A stretch of 64,000 nt of DNA from assembly GCA_963810095.1 (NCBI GenBank), contig CAWEMM010000009.1, forward strand, positions 416,001 through 480,000. Reading direction: 5' to 3'. This stretch comes from an uncultured Chloroflexia bacterium. GTDB lineage: Bacteria; Chloroflexota; Anaerolineae; CG2-30-64-16. Of the stretch, positions 8,931-18,523 are shown piece after piece; positions within the stretch are counted from its first letter, which is position 1; each line of letters starts with the position of its first letter. The translations under genes were made by a program, and so were the position numbers. Below the pieces are notes generated by a model. The model did not search any database. It was not told where the DNA came from and was given only the letters and a program-made list of their open reading frames with translations.

Positions 8931-10058
8931 ATGGCGTCTGGCAACCGGGATGGTGCAAACGGCGCGCTGCAGGCCAACGTGTCGGGGGTGCAGCGCAGCC
9001 GAGCGGAGACTTACGTTCTCATCACGCTGATCGCCCTGGCGTTCTCAGTGATCGCTACCCGCCTGTTTCTCCAGCTTACCGGCTATCCCCAACTGGGCAA
9101 CGGCACGCTGCACATCGCGCACGCGATTTGGGGCGGTCTCCTGCTCTACGCCGCCGCGCTGCTGCCGCTGGTCTTGTCCAACCGCTGGGCGCTGTATCTG
9201 AGTGCGGGGCTGAACGGGCTCGGGGCAGGGCTCTTCATCGACGAAGTCGGTAAGTTCATCACTCGCGACCTGAACTACTTCTATCCCCCCGCCGCACCCC
9301 TGGTCTATGCGTTCTTCCTGCTGAGCGTGCTCCTGTACCAGTACGTCCGGCGCATGAAGCGAGAGGCGCCTCGAACGCAGCTCTATCACGCGTTGGAGGA
9401 AATGCAGGAGGTTCTGGACGGCGACCTGGACCAGCGCGAGTACGAGCGGATCATGGGCTGGCTGCGCAGCGCACGACGCAGCGACTCGGAGAACCTCGCG
9501 CGACTCGCGGACACGCTCGAAGATTTCCTGCGGCACGACGGCACTCGGGTCCTGCCGGTCAAGCCTACGGTGTGGAGCCGGATGCAGGCGCGTGCAGAAA
9601 GCCTCGGGAAGCGGTTCAGCCCCCGCGCCCATTGGATCAGCGTACTGCTCGCGCTCGGCTCGTTGGCCGTCCTTGCGGCCGCGGGCGCGGCCCTCCTGCT
9701 CTGGTCCGCCTTCCAGCCCGGCCCATTCCGCCAGACGTTCGAGGCGGTCCTGATGGCGCGCGGGAATGTGCAGGACATGACCGATGTAGGCTGGCGGCTG
9801 TTTCGCATCGGGTTGGAAGGCGCAGTGGGCCTCATCGCGCTGGTCGCGTTCATTTATCTCCTATTAGGGCGGGTTGAGATGGGCACCCGGCTGGGCGTCT
9901 TCGCTTTCATCCTCTCGCTCACGACGGTCAACCTCCTGAACTTCTACCTGGACCAGTTTCGGGCCGTGATCACCGCGCTGGTGGAGTTTGCCGGCCTCCT
10001 CATCCTGCTCTCCTACCGGCAGTGGCGCCTCCGGCAATCCGCAGGCAAGGTGACGTGA
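8931..10058 (+). CDS. Uncharacterised multi-pass membrane protein
   Basis: GGAGGG RBS; about 8 hydrophobic segments; LHIAHAIWGG and GLFIDEVGKFIT motifs. Confidence 0.8.
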   Translation: MASGNRDGANGALQANVSGVQRSRAETYVLITLIALAFSVIATRLFLQLTGYPQLGNGTLHIAHAIWGGLLLYAAALLPLVLSNRWALYLSAGLNGLGAGLFIDEVGKFITRDLNYFYPPAAPLVYAFFLLSVLLYQYVRRMKREAPRTQLYHALEEMQEVLDGDLDQREYERIMGWLRSARRSDSENLARLADTLEDFLRHDGTRVLPVKPTVWSRMQARAESLGKRFSPRAHWISVLLALGSLAVLAAAGAALLLWSAFQPGPFRQTFEAVLMARGNVQDMTDVGWRLFRIGLEGAVGLIALVAFIYLLLGRVEMGTRLGVFAFILSLTTVNLLNFYLDQFRAVITALVEFAGLLILLSYRQWRLRQSAGKVT

Positions 10059-10198
10059 ACAAAAAGGGCGCACGCGGGCGCCTCTGTGCAGACGCACGAT
10101 CGTCCTGGCACAATCGAGCAAAAGTCGCTAGGCGTGCTTGACAGATCGCGGTATGATGAACGCACCTTAAGGGCTGATCGGAGAGATAAGGCTAAATT

Positions 10199-10864
10199 AT
10201 GAGTCCACTCCTGCGCTCACACTTCGACCTGGAGCTGGTGCGGCTTAACGAGAGCGTTCTGGATATGGGGAGCCGCGCACGCCAGGCCGTGGCAGCCAGC
10301 GTCCGCGCGCTGCTGGACAACGATCTCGACCTGGCATCAGAGGTCGTCGCCGGCGACTTGACCATCGACGAGGCGCGGCGCCGCATCGAGAAGCAGTGTT
10401 ACGCACTCCTGGTCATGGAGCAGCCCGTCGCCGGCGACATGCGCAACATCGTGGCCGCGCTGACCGTCGCCGGCGAGCTCGAGCGCGTCGGCGATCACGG
10501 CAAGCGCATTGCGAAGCTGCAGCAGCGGCAGAGTATGCTGCCCGATTCGCTTCCCATGACCGGCGTGATGCAGATGTGCGAGCTCTCGCTTCGGCTGGTC
10601 GACCGGGCCCTTCAAGCATTCGCCGGCCGGGACGTCGAGAGCGCGCGAGAGATTTGCAAGGATGACGACGAGATCGACCACCTGTACAAGCAGACCTTCA
10701 ACGTCACGCTGAGCTACATGCTCGAAAACACCCGCGCGATCGGGCCGGGCACCTACTTGATCCAGGTGGCCCACGAGCTGGAACGCGTCGGCGATCGCGC
10801 CACCAACATCGCCGAGCGGACGATCTACGCTCAGACTGGCGAGTTGATGGAACTCAATCTCTAG
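10199..10864 (+). CDS. phoU: Phosphate signalling protein PhoU
   Basis: QPVAGDMR, ELERVGDH, DDEIDHLY, LERVGDRATNIAE. Confidence 0.95.
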   Translation: MSPLLRSHFDLELVRLNESVLDMGSRARQAVAASVRALLDNDLDLASEVVAGDLTIDEARRRIEKQCYALLVMEQPVAGDMRNIVAALTVAGELERVGDHGKRIAKLQQRQSMLPDSLPMTGVMQMCELSLRLVDRALQAFAGRDVESAREICKDDDEIDHLYKQTFNVTLSYMLENTRAIGPGTYLIQVAHELERVGDRATNIAERTIYAQTGELMELNL

Positions 10865-10883
10865 CCACCCCCCGACATTGTCG

Positions 10884-11360
10884 ATGCGCTCGCTGGTCGT
10901 CTATGATTCCCAGTTCGGGAACACCGAACACGTCGCGCAGGTCATCGCGAAGGTGTTGGGTGACTACGGTCCCGCGCGCGCCGCGCACATTCACGAGACC
11001 TCGCTGACCCAACTGCGTGACATCGATCTGCTTGTCGTCGGGTCGCCCACCCAGGGCGGCCATGCGACCGCTGACATACGCGACTTCATCAAACGCCTCC
11101 CGCCCGATGCTCTCCGGCGCCCCAAGATCGCCTGCTTTGACACTCGTATGCGGGCGCCGCGCTGGCTCGGACGGTTTGCCGCACCGCAGCTTGCCCGGCA
11201 GTTCAGGCACCTCGATATTGCGCTCGTCGCGCCGCCCGAGGGCTTCATCGTGAAGGAGCGGGCAGGTCCGCTGGCGGATGGAGAGGCGGAGCGGGCCGCC
11301 GAGTGGGGACGCGCAATCGCCCGGGATATTGCACCGCAGGGTGCCCGGCCTCAGCCTTAG
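10884..11360 (+). CDS. Flavodoxin-family protein
   Basis: VYDSQFGNTEHVA, VVGSPTQG, ACFDTR. Confidence 0.88.
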   Translation: MRSLVVYDSQFGNTEHVAQVIAKVLGDYGPARAAHIHETSLTQLRDIDLLVVGSPTQGGHATADIRDFIKRLPPDALRRPKIACFDTRMRAPRWLGRFAAPQLARQFRHLDIALVAPPEGFIVKERAGPLADGEAERAAEWGRAIARDIAPQGARPQP

Positions 11361-11464
11361 TCGCCGCTGACCATCCTCGTATCCCCGCTCGAACAGGGAC
11401 TGCCGCCGGGCGACATGTTCTGAAGCACCACGCCTTGTTGTCCTCTATGCCCATGCCGGACCCA

Positions 11465-11540
11465 TTAAGGCGCCCGCTTTGTTATCTCCTCTTAATTCCC
11501 ATGCTAAGACCTCTTAACAGTACGATAACTGTACCTTAAG
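11465..11540 (+). promoter_or_regulatory. Pho-box-like array upstream of pstS
   Basis: TTAA-type cores at 11492, 11504, 11514, 11525 and 11536 (~11-bp period) in an AT-rich patch. Confidence 0.55.
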
Positions 11541-11598
11541 CGCCTTGGCCGTATACTCTTCTCTTGGTTCGTACATTCAAGAGGGGGGGAGTAGTTTC

Positions 11599-12501
11599 AT
11601 GCGGGGAAAAGCGATCGCCGGGGTGTTGGCAGTCTTGCTGCTGGCTGCCATCGCGACCGCCGGGTGTGTGGGCCGCAGTGCATCCGCGCAGGCAAGCGGT
11701 CAGGGCACGGGCGCGGCCGATGCGATCGAGAACAAGGGCTCGGACACCTTGGTGAATTTGGCGCTGGCGTGGGCCGAAGCGTACATGAAGGAACACCCTA
11801 ACGCACGCATCTCCGTTACGGGCGGCGGGTCGGGCACCGGCATCGCGGCTATGATCAACGGCACGGTCGATATTGCCAACGCGTCGCGGGAAATGAAAAA
11901 GGAAGAGATCGACGCGGCGAAGAAGAACGGGATCGACCCCGTCGAGCACACGGTCGCCAAGGACGCCATCGCCGTGGTCGTCCACCCCTCCAACCCCGTC
12001 GACGGGCTAACCCTGCAGCAGATTTCCGATATCTACACGGGCAAGATCACGAACTGGAAAGAGGTTGGTGGCGAAGACCGGCCCATCGTGCTTCTATCGC
12101 GTGAGTCCAACTCCGGAACCTACGTCTATTTCCTCGAAGAGGTGATCCGGTTGGGCAAGAAGAGCGACCTACTCTTCTCGCCCGACACCTTGCTTATGCC
12201 GTCGTCCGAAGGGATCAGCACGGAAGTGCGCCAGAACCCCAATGCCATCGGCTACGATGGTCTCGGCTACGTGACGAGCGATCAGAAGATGCTGGGCGTG
12301 GCGAAGGACGCGGGCTCACCGTACGTCTTGCCCGCCGTCGAAACCGTCAACAACGACACCTATCCGATCTCGCGCGGCCTGTATATGTACACAGCTGGCG
12401 AGCCGCAGGGCTCCGTCAAGGCCTATCTTGACTACATCCTGGGACCTGTTGGTCAGGCGCTCGTGCCAACGTTGGGTTTCGTGCCGTTGAATGGGAAATA
12501 G
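11599..12501 (+). CDS. pstS: Phosphate ABC transporter substrate-binding lipoprotein
   Basis: TAGC lipobox, KGSDTLV, GGGSGTGI, ANASR, SRESNSGTY, YPISRGLY. Confidence 0.95.
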   Translation: MRGKAIAGVLAVLLLAAIATAGCVGRSASAQASGQGTGAADAIENKGSDTLVNLALAWAEAYMKEHPNARISVTGGGSGTGIAAMINGTVDIANASREMKKEEIDAAKKNGIDPVEHTVAKDAIAVVVHPSNPVDGLTLQQISDIYTGKITNWKEVGGEDRPIVLLSRESNSGTYVYFLEEVIRLGKKSDLLFSPDTLLMPSSEGISTEVRQNPNAIGYDGLGYVTSDQKMLGVAKDAGSPYVLPAVETVNNDTYPISRGLYMYTAGEPQGSVKAYLDYILGPVGQALVPTLGFVPLNGK

Positions 12502-12626
12502 GACGGCGCTAACGCTGAGAAGGTGGATCGGCGCAGTCTCTCTGCCCTGATCCTGTGGCTCTGCGCTCGCAGATCAGCGGCGTCTGCCTCCCATTCTTCA
12601 ATCCGGAGGATTGATCTTGGCTGTTA

Positions 12627-13527
12627 ATGCTGAAGCGCCGCGGGCGCGCCGGGGTGGTCCGAGTTCGCGCTCGAATCGCTGGTGCGGATTGCCGGGTTCT
12701 CCACGATTGGTTTCGTGGTGCTGATCTTCCTGTTCCTGCTGCGCGAGGGCGTGCCGTTCTTCATCAAGACGCCGCTCACCGGCTGGGTTTCGGAGAGTTG
12801 GTATCCGACGTTCGGCAAGTTCGGCGCCCTGCCGCTGATCCTCGGTTCGCTCCTGGTCACGTTCACCTCGATCCTGATCGCCCTGCCGCTCGGCGTAGCA
12901 ACCGCGGTTTTCGTGCGTGAGGTGGCGCCGGGATGGGCCCGCGACGTCCTGAAGCCGCTCATCGAGGTGCTTGCGGGGATTCCCTCGGTCGTGTTGGGCT
13001 TCTTCGGCATGACGCTCCTGGCGCCCACCGTGCGCGACGTGCTCGGCGCGCCGACGGGTCTGACGGCCTTTACCGGCGCGCTCATCCTGGCCTACATGGC
13101 GCTACCGACCATCATTTCGGTCGCCGAGGATGCGCTGGACGCCGTGCCCAAGAGCTATCGGGATGCCAGCCTGGCGATGGGCGCCACGCAATGGCAGACC
13201 ATTTGGCGTGTGGTGGTGCCTGCAGCGAAGTCGGGCATCCTCACCGCGGTCATGCTGGGCATGGGCCGGGCGATCGGCGAGACGATGGCCGTGATGATGG
13301 TGACCGGCAACGCGGCCCGCATGCCCATCACCCTCGACTCGCTGGTGCGCCCCGTGCGCACCATGACTGCGACCATTGCCGCGGAGATGGGCGAGGTGGC
13401 CCAGGGCAGCACGCACTACCAGGCGCTCTTCGGCATCGGCATCCTCCTGTTTGTCGTGACGTTCCTGATTAACCTGGCCGCGGCATCCGCCATATTCCAG
13501 AAGCGGCGGCGGGGAGGGTTGCGCTGA
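12627..13527 (+). CDS. pstC: Phosphate ABC permease PstC (probable frameshift near 12652; intact frame from 12682)
   Basis: LKPLIEVLAGIPSVVLG, GRAIGETMAVMMVTGN; upstream WSEFALESL is in frame but lacks a start codon. Confidence 0.92.
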
Positions 13528-14414
13528 TGTTAGGCGCCGAACGCATTCAACCCGCGAACGCAGGCTCGGCCCGGCGTTACCTGGTCCAGCGGCTCGGGTT
13601 CGCGCTGCTCGTGGTGGCGACGTTGGCTGTGGTGATTCCGATCCTGTTCGTCATCATCACGATTGTCGTGCGCGGTCTGCCCGCGATCTCGCTAGAGTTC
13701 ATCTTCGGCGCGCCGAAGGAGGGCATGAAGGCGGGCGGGATCTGGCCCGCCATCGTCGGCACCCTGCTGCTGACCTTGGGAACGGCAGTGGTCGCGATCC
13801 CACTCGGCGTCGGGGGCGGAATTTACCTGTCGGAGTATGCGGGCGACACGGCGTTCACCCGGGCGATCCGGTTGTCGATCGTCAACCTGGCCGGCATCCC
13901 GTCCGTCGTCTACGGATTGTTTGGCCTGGGCTTGTTCGTCCTGTTCCTTAATTTCGGCACCTCCATCATCGCGGGCGCGCTGACGCTGTCGATTATGACC
14001 CTGCCGGTCATCATCAGCACGGCCGAAGAGGCGCTGCGTGCCGTGCCGGTGGAGTTCCGCACGGTGAGCGCATCGCTGGGCGGCACGCGCTGGCAGGGCG
14101 TTCGCAACATCGTGCTGCCACAAGCGCTGCCCGGCATCATCACCGGGGCCATCTTGGGGCTGCTGCGTGCGGTGGGAGAGACTGCAGCGATCCTGTTCAC
14201 CGCGGTCGCATTCTACTTGCCTAGCTTGCCCCATTCGCCTTTTGACCAGACGATGGCGCTGCCCTATCACCTGTACGTCATCAGTACCCAGATCCCCGGC
14301 ATGCCGCAGGACATCCAGTACGGCACGGCGCTCGTGCTGCTAGTGTTCGTGCTGTCGCTGAACCTGATTGCATCCCTGATCCGCGGCTACTATCGCCGCA
14401 AGCGGCAATGGTAA
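13527..14414 (+). CDS. pstA: Phosphate ABC permease PstA
   Basis: NLAGIPSVVYGLFG, RAVGETAAI, MALPYHLY; TGATG coupling to pstC. Confidence 0.95.
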   Translation: MLGAERIQPANAGSARRYLVQRLGFALLVVATLAVVIPILFVIITIVVRGLPAISLEFIFGAPKEGMKAGGIWPAIVGTLLLTLGTAVVAIPLGVGGGIYLSEYAGDTAFTRAIRLSIVNLAGIPSVVYGLFGLGLFVLFLNFGTSIIAGALTLSIMTLPVIISTAEEALRAVPVEFRTVSASLGGTRWQGVRNIVLPQALPGIITGAILGLLRAVGETAAILFTAVAFYLPSLPHSPFDQTMALPYHLYVISTQIPGMPQDIQYGTALVLLVFVLSLNLIASLIRGYYRRKRQW

Positions 14415-14426
14415 GGCCCGGTTCCC

Positions 14427-15194
14427 ATGAACGCTGACACCCCCACCAAGATTCAGTTCGACCATCTCTCGTACTGGTACGAGCAGCAGCAGGTGCTGAA
14501 GGACATCTCGCTCGCGGTGCCCGAGCACTCCGTGACCGTATTTCTCGGCCCCGCCGGCAGCGGCAAGTCGACACTCCTGCGGCTGATCAACCGCTTGAAC
14601 GACCTGCTCGATAGCACCCGTATGGAGGGGAAGGTCCTGCTCGACGGCGAGGACGTTTACGGGCGTGGCGTCTCGGTCACGCAGCTGCGCCGGCGGGTGG
14701 GCATGGTCTTCGCCCTGCCGCTCCCGATTCCGGGCACGATCCGCGAAAACATCCTTTACGGCCCCAAGCTTGCCGGTATGCGCGATCGCGCGTACCTGGA
14801 AGAACTGGTGGTGCGGACCTTGCAACAGGCGGCCTTGTGGGACGAGGTCAAGGACCGGCTGGATCAGCCCTCAACGTCGCTCTCGGGCGGGCAGCAGCAG
14901 CGCTTGTGCATCGCGCGCAGCCTCGCGCTCGAACCCGAGGTGCTGCTCCTGGATGAGCCGACCTCCGGATTGGACCCGATTTCGACCGGCAAGGTTGAAG
15001 AGTCGCTGCTGGAGCTGAAGAAGCAGTACACGATCATCATCGCGCCGCACAGCGTGCAGCAGGCGGCCCGGGTGGCCGACCACGCGGCCTTCTTCCTGCT
15101 GGGCGAGCTGATCGAGTACCGCGAAGGCGGCGAGTTGTTCACCTCGCCCAAGGATAAGCGCACCGAGGACTACATCACGGGTCGCTTCGGTTGA
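14427..15194 (+). CDS. pstB: Phosphate ABC ATPase PstB copy 1 (degenerate Q- and H-loop context)
   Basis: GPAGSGKST, GMVFALPLP, LSGGQQQR, LLDEPTSGLDP, EDYITGRFG. Confidence 0.9.
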   Translation: MNADTPTKIQFDHLSYWYEQQQVLKDISLAVPEHSVTVFLGPAGSGKSTLLRLINRLNDLLDSTRMEGKVLLDGEDVYGRGVSVTQLRRRVGMVFALPLPIPGTIRENILYGPKLAGMRDRAYLEELVVRTLQQAALWDEVKDRLDQPSTSLSGGQQQRLCIARSLALEPEVLLLDEPTSGLDPISTGKVEESLLELKKQYTIIIAPHSVQQAARVADHAAFFLLGELIEYREGGELFTSPKDKRTEDYITGRFG

Positions 15195-15210
15195 TCAACG
15201 AACTCCTTGC

Positions 15211-15289
15211 ACCACAAAGGCACGAAGGCACGGAGCTTCGCAAAGCCCTTGATCTTTCGTAAGCCTTTGTGTCTCAGTGTCTTTGTGGT
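15211..15289. repeat. Short-period hairpin element, ACCACAAAG family
   Basis: ACCACAAAGGCACGAAGGCACGGAG...CTTTGTGTCTCAGTGTCTTTGTGGT; siblings at 27901 and 63622. Confidence 0.7.
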
Positions 15290-15306
15290 TAATCCACGGG
15301 TGGGTC

Positions 15307-16077
15307 ATGGCGGAAATTGACGTCGAACATCTGGAATTCTACTATGGCGCGAAGAAGGCGCTGACGGATGTCAACCTGGCGGTGCCCGCGCGGCAGATCA
15401 CCGCGCTCATCGGGCCCTCAGGCTGCGGCAAGTCCACCTTCCTGCGCTGCCTGAACCGCATGAATGACACGATCAAGGGGACGCGGGTCGAGGGCTGCGT
15501 GCGGCTCAGCGGGCAGGACATTTACGCGGCCGGAATGGACGTGGTCGACCTGCGCCGCCGAGTTGGGATGGTGTTCCAACGGCCCAACCCGTTCCCCCAG
15601 TCCGTCTTTGACAACGTCGCATTCGGCCCCCGCGTGCTGGGCTTGACGCGCGAGCGGGACATCCCGCGGATCGTCGAGGAGAGCCTGCGCGGTGCCGACC
15701 TGTGGGACGAGGTCAAGGATGGCCTGAAGAAGGATGCCCTCAGCTTCTCGCTCGGCCAGCAGCAGCGCCTGTGCATCGCACGCGTGATTGCGGTCAAGCC
15801 CGAGGTGATCCTGATGGATGAGCCGGCCTCTGCGCTCGACCCCATCAGCACGCTGCGCATCGAAGACCTCATGCGCCGCCTGTGCGCGGATTACACCATC
15901 GTGATCGTGACCCACAACATGCAGCAGGCCGCCCGGGCCTCCGATTTTACGGCCATGATGATGCTGACCGATGACAAGAAGTCGGGTACGGTGATCGAGG
16001 CTGGGCCCACGGCTGAGATGTTTGTTAAGCCAAAGGACCCCCGCACGGAAGGGTACGTCACGGGCCGCTACGGGTAA
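15307..16077 (+). CDS. pstB: Phosphate ABC ATPase PstB copy 2 (degenerate signature motif)
   Basis: [46 protein letters not shown]. Confidence 0.93.
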   Translation: MAEIDVEHLEFYYGAKKALTDVNLAVPARQITALIGPSGCGKSTFLRCLNRMNDTIKGTRVEGCVRLSGQDIYAAGMDVVDLRRRVGMVFQRPNPFPQSVFDNVAFGPRVLGLTRERDIPRIVEESLRGADLWDEVKDGLKKDALSFSLGQQQRLCIARVIAVKPEVILMDEPASALDPISTLRIEDLMRRLCADYTIVIVTHNMQQAARASDFTAMMMLTDDKKSGTVIEAGPTAEMFVKPKDPRTEGYVTGRYG

Positions 16078-16100
16078 GCGCGCGGCTTAAGTCGGATCGA

Positions 16101-16133
16101 GAAACCGGGTTCTTCCAGAAGCCCGGTTTTTTT
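16101..16133 (+). terminator. Hairpin plus T-run after the pst operon, built from the AAACCGGG repeat family
   Basis: GAAACCGGGTTCTTCCAGAAGCCCGGTTTTTTT. Confidence 0.7.
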
Positions 16134-16224
16134 GATGTCGGACGACTCTCCCCAAATCTGCATAATCTGCGAAATGTCGTTATAATCGCGGGGCATCTCT
16201 CAACGGAAGCGGGATTCTCACTCA

Positions 16225-17961
16225 ATGAAGGCCATCAAACGGCTCTTGATTTATCTACGCCCCTACTGGCGCGGGCTTGCAGTCACCACGGTCCTCATCC
16301 TTGCCACGACGATCCTGGGGCTCTTGCCGCCCCTCTTCAGCCGCTCAATCATCGACAATGTCATCGGCCAGAAGCAGCTGCAGCTGCTCCTGCCGCTGCT
16401 AGGCGGGCTGGTGGTCGTTTACGCGCTCGTCGCGGTCACCGATTTCGGCGACCAGTACATGCGGCACACCATCGGCGAGAAGATCCTGTATGACCTGCGC
16501 GTGGGTCTGTACGATCACCTGCAGCGCCTGTCGTTGTCGTTCTACGAACGCACTTCGACCGGCGAACTCATGTCGCGCGTCTCGAACGACGTCAACGCAC
16601 TCGAACAGTTCATGACCCACGGCACCATTCTGGCCGGCGTCGCGGTCGTCCGGCTGGTGGGCGCCACGATCCTCCTGTTGTTCCTCGATTGGCGGCTGGC
16701 GTTGATTGCCCTGCTGCCGGTGCCCATTATTGCAGGCGGCTTGCGTTGGTTCAACAGGAAGACGCGGCCGATATACCGGCGGGTGCGCGACCGGCTGGGC
16801 GATGTGAATACACGCCTCCAGGACGACCTCGCGGGCATCCGCGTCATCCAGGCGTTCGGGCAGGAAGGCTCGGAACTGGAGCGGTTCCAGGTGGCCAGCG
16901 CGGCCTACATGAAGGAGCGGATCGCGTCGATCCGGATGTGGTCCACGGTCTTTCCGGGGCTGGGCTTCTTTGTCGATCTTGGCGGCGTGCTCGTGCTGGG
17001 CGTCGGCGCCTACATGGCCGTCCTGGGGCAGATCACGGTGGGCACCCTCGTCGCATTCATGGCCTACATGGTCTCGTTCTACGAGCCCATCCGGCGCCTG
17101 ACCGACATCGACAATATCATCCAGCAGGCGGTCGCGGCCGCCGACCGCATTTTCGAGCTGCTTGACGTAACGCCCGACATCAAGGATGAACCGGGCGCGG
17201 TCGCCGTGCCCGAGGTTCGCGGCGAGCTGCTTTTCGAGGACGTACACTTCCGCTATGGCGATGGCGAAGAGGTCTTGCACGATGTGGATTTCGCGGTCAA
17301 GGCCGGCGAGGTGGTCGCGCTCGTGGGTCCGAGCGGCGCGGGGAAGACGAGTATCGCCAACCTGTTGTGCCGCTTCTACGATCCGACCCACGGGCGCATT
17401 CTCCTCGACGGGCATGACCTGCGCGAGCTGCAGGTTGCCTCACTGCGCAGCCACGTCGCCGTCGTCCTCCAGGACACATTTCTGTTCAACGGTACGGTCA
17501 GGCGTAACCTGCTGTACGGAAAGCCTGACGCGTCGCCCGAGGAGCTCGAGGCTGCTGCCAAAGCGGCGTACGCCCATGATTTCATTATGGGCATGGCCGA
17601 CGGCTATGACACGGAGATCGGCGAGCGGGGGGTCAAGCTGAGCGGGGGCCAGCGCCAGCGCCTGGCCCTGGCCCGGGCCATTCTGGCCGACCCGCGCATT
17701 CTGATCCTGGATGAAGCCACGTCGTCTGTCGACGCAGAGGCGGAGTACCTGATTCAGCAGGCGTTGGAAGAGGTGCTGAAGGGCCGCACGGCGCTGGTCA
17801 TCGCGCACCGGCTCAGCACCATCCGCAATGCCAATAAGATCATCGCGCTGGAAAACGGGCGCATACGCGAGATTGGCCGGCATGGTGAACTGCTTGCCGC
17901 CAACGGGCTGTACAGCCAGCTCTACCAGCGACAGCTGGAACTGGCCGCGGAGCGGAGCTGA
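16225..17961 (+). CDS. ABC exporter (TMD+NBD, MdlB/MsbA-like)
   Basis: Six-TM domain, GPSGAGKT, LSGGQRQR, ILDEATSSVD. Confidence 0.93.
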   Translation: MKAIKRLLIYLRPYWRGLAVTTVLILATTILGLLPPLFSRSIIDNVIGQKQLQLLLPLLGGLVVVYALVAVTDFGDQYMRHTIGEKILYDLRVGLYDHLQRLSLSFYERTSTGELMSRVSNDVNALEQFMTHGTILAGVAVVRLVGATILLLFLDWRLALIALLPVPIIAGGLRWFNRKTRPIYRRVRDRLGDVNTRLQDDLAGIRVIQAFGQEGSELERFQVASAAYMKERIASIRMWSTVFPGLGFFVDLGGVLVLGVGAYMAVLGQITVGTLVAFMAYMVSFYEPIRRLTDIDNIIQQAVAAADRIFELLDVTPDIKDEPGAVAVPEVRGELLFEDVHFRYGDGEEVLHDVDFAVKAGEVVALVGPSGAGKTSIANLLCRFYDPTHGRILLDGHDLRELQVASLRSHVAVVLQDTFLFNGTVRRNLLYGKPDASPEELEAAAKAAYAHDFIMGMADGYDTEIGERGVKLSGGQRQRLALARAILADPRILILDEATSSVDAEAEYLIQQALEEVLKGRTALVIAHRLSTIRNANKIIALENGRIREIGRHGELLAANGLYSQLYQRQLELAAERS

Positions 17962-18093
17962 ATCAACCCCGGGGGTGTGCGGATCGTGTGGGACGAATTG
18001 CAGTGAAGGGCGGGTTGGAATATCATTCTCACCGGGCCAACGGCTGCTTCCTGCAGCCGCGGCCCGTGGTCTTTGCGCATTCGGGGGGCGGCG

Positions 18094-18309
18094 TTACTTC
18101 CGCTGGCCCCGGTTGAGCGTGCGGGCGATTTCGCTGGGCAAGGCATTGCGCCTGCCAAACACGTCGCGCTGCACTATACTTTCGCCGTAAAGCTTACGGA
18201 GCTCCTCCAACAGCGCCTCTGTCGGCGTTGTGGCTGGAGCACCGCGGTCGGGCTTGCGATACTTAGCCAAGGAACACTCCAGTGGCCGGTTGACGCCGGC
18301 CGTTTTCAC
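18094..18309 (-). CDS. Possible small protein (71 aa)
   Basis: GTG start with upstream GAGG; minus-strand TACAAT near 18370; helical segment EALLEELRKLYGE. Confidence 0.35.
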   Translation of the reverse strand: MKTAGVNRPLECSLAKYRKPDRGAPATTPTEALLEELRKLYGESIVQRDVFGRRNALPSEIARTLNRGQRK

Positions 18310-18523
18310 AGTCTCGGCTGCCTCGCACCGGCGCGGCAGCGACCGCGCTTGTGGTGCTTTACACCTATTGTAACGTCGGCAGCTTAACCTTTTGTTTCAT
18401 TCGTGTATGTATTGCGTTAATTTACCGTAAAACTCCCTGAACGCAAGTCGTGCTTGCGCCGCCGGTCGTCGCGGTGCTGGGTTTCGCCCTACTCGTCGAC
18501 CTACCTGAGAGGACTCTTCCGCC

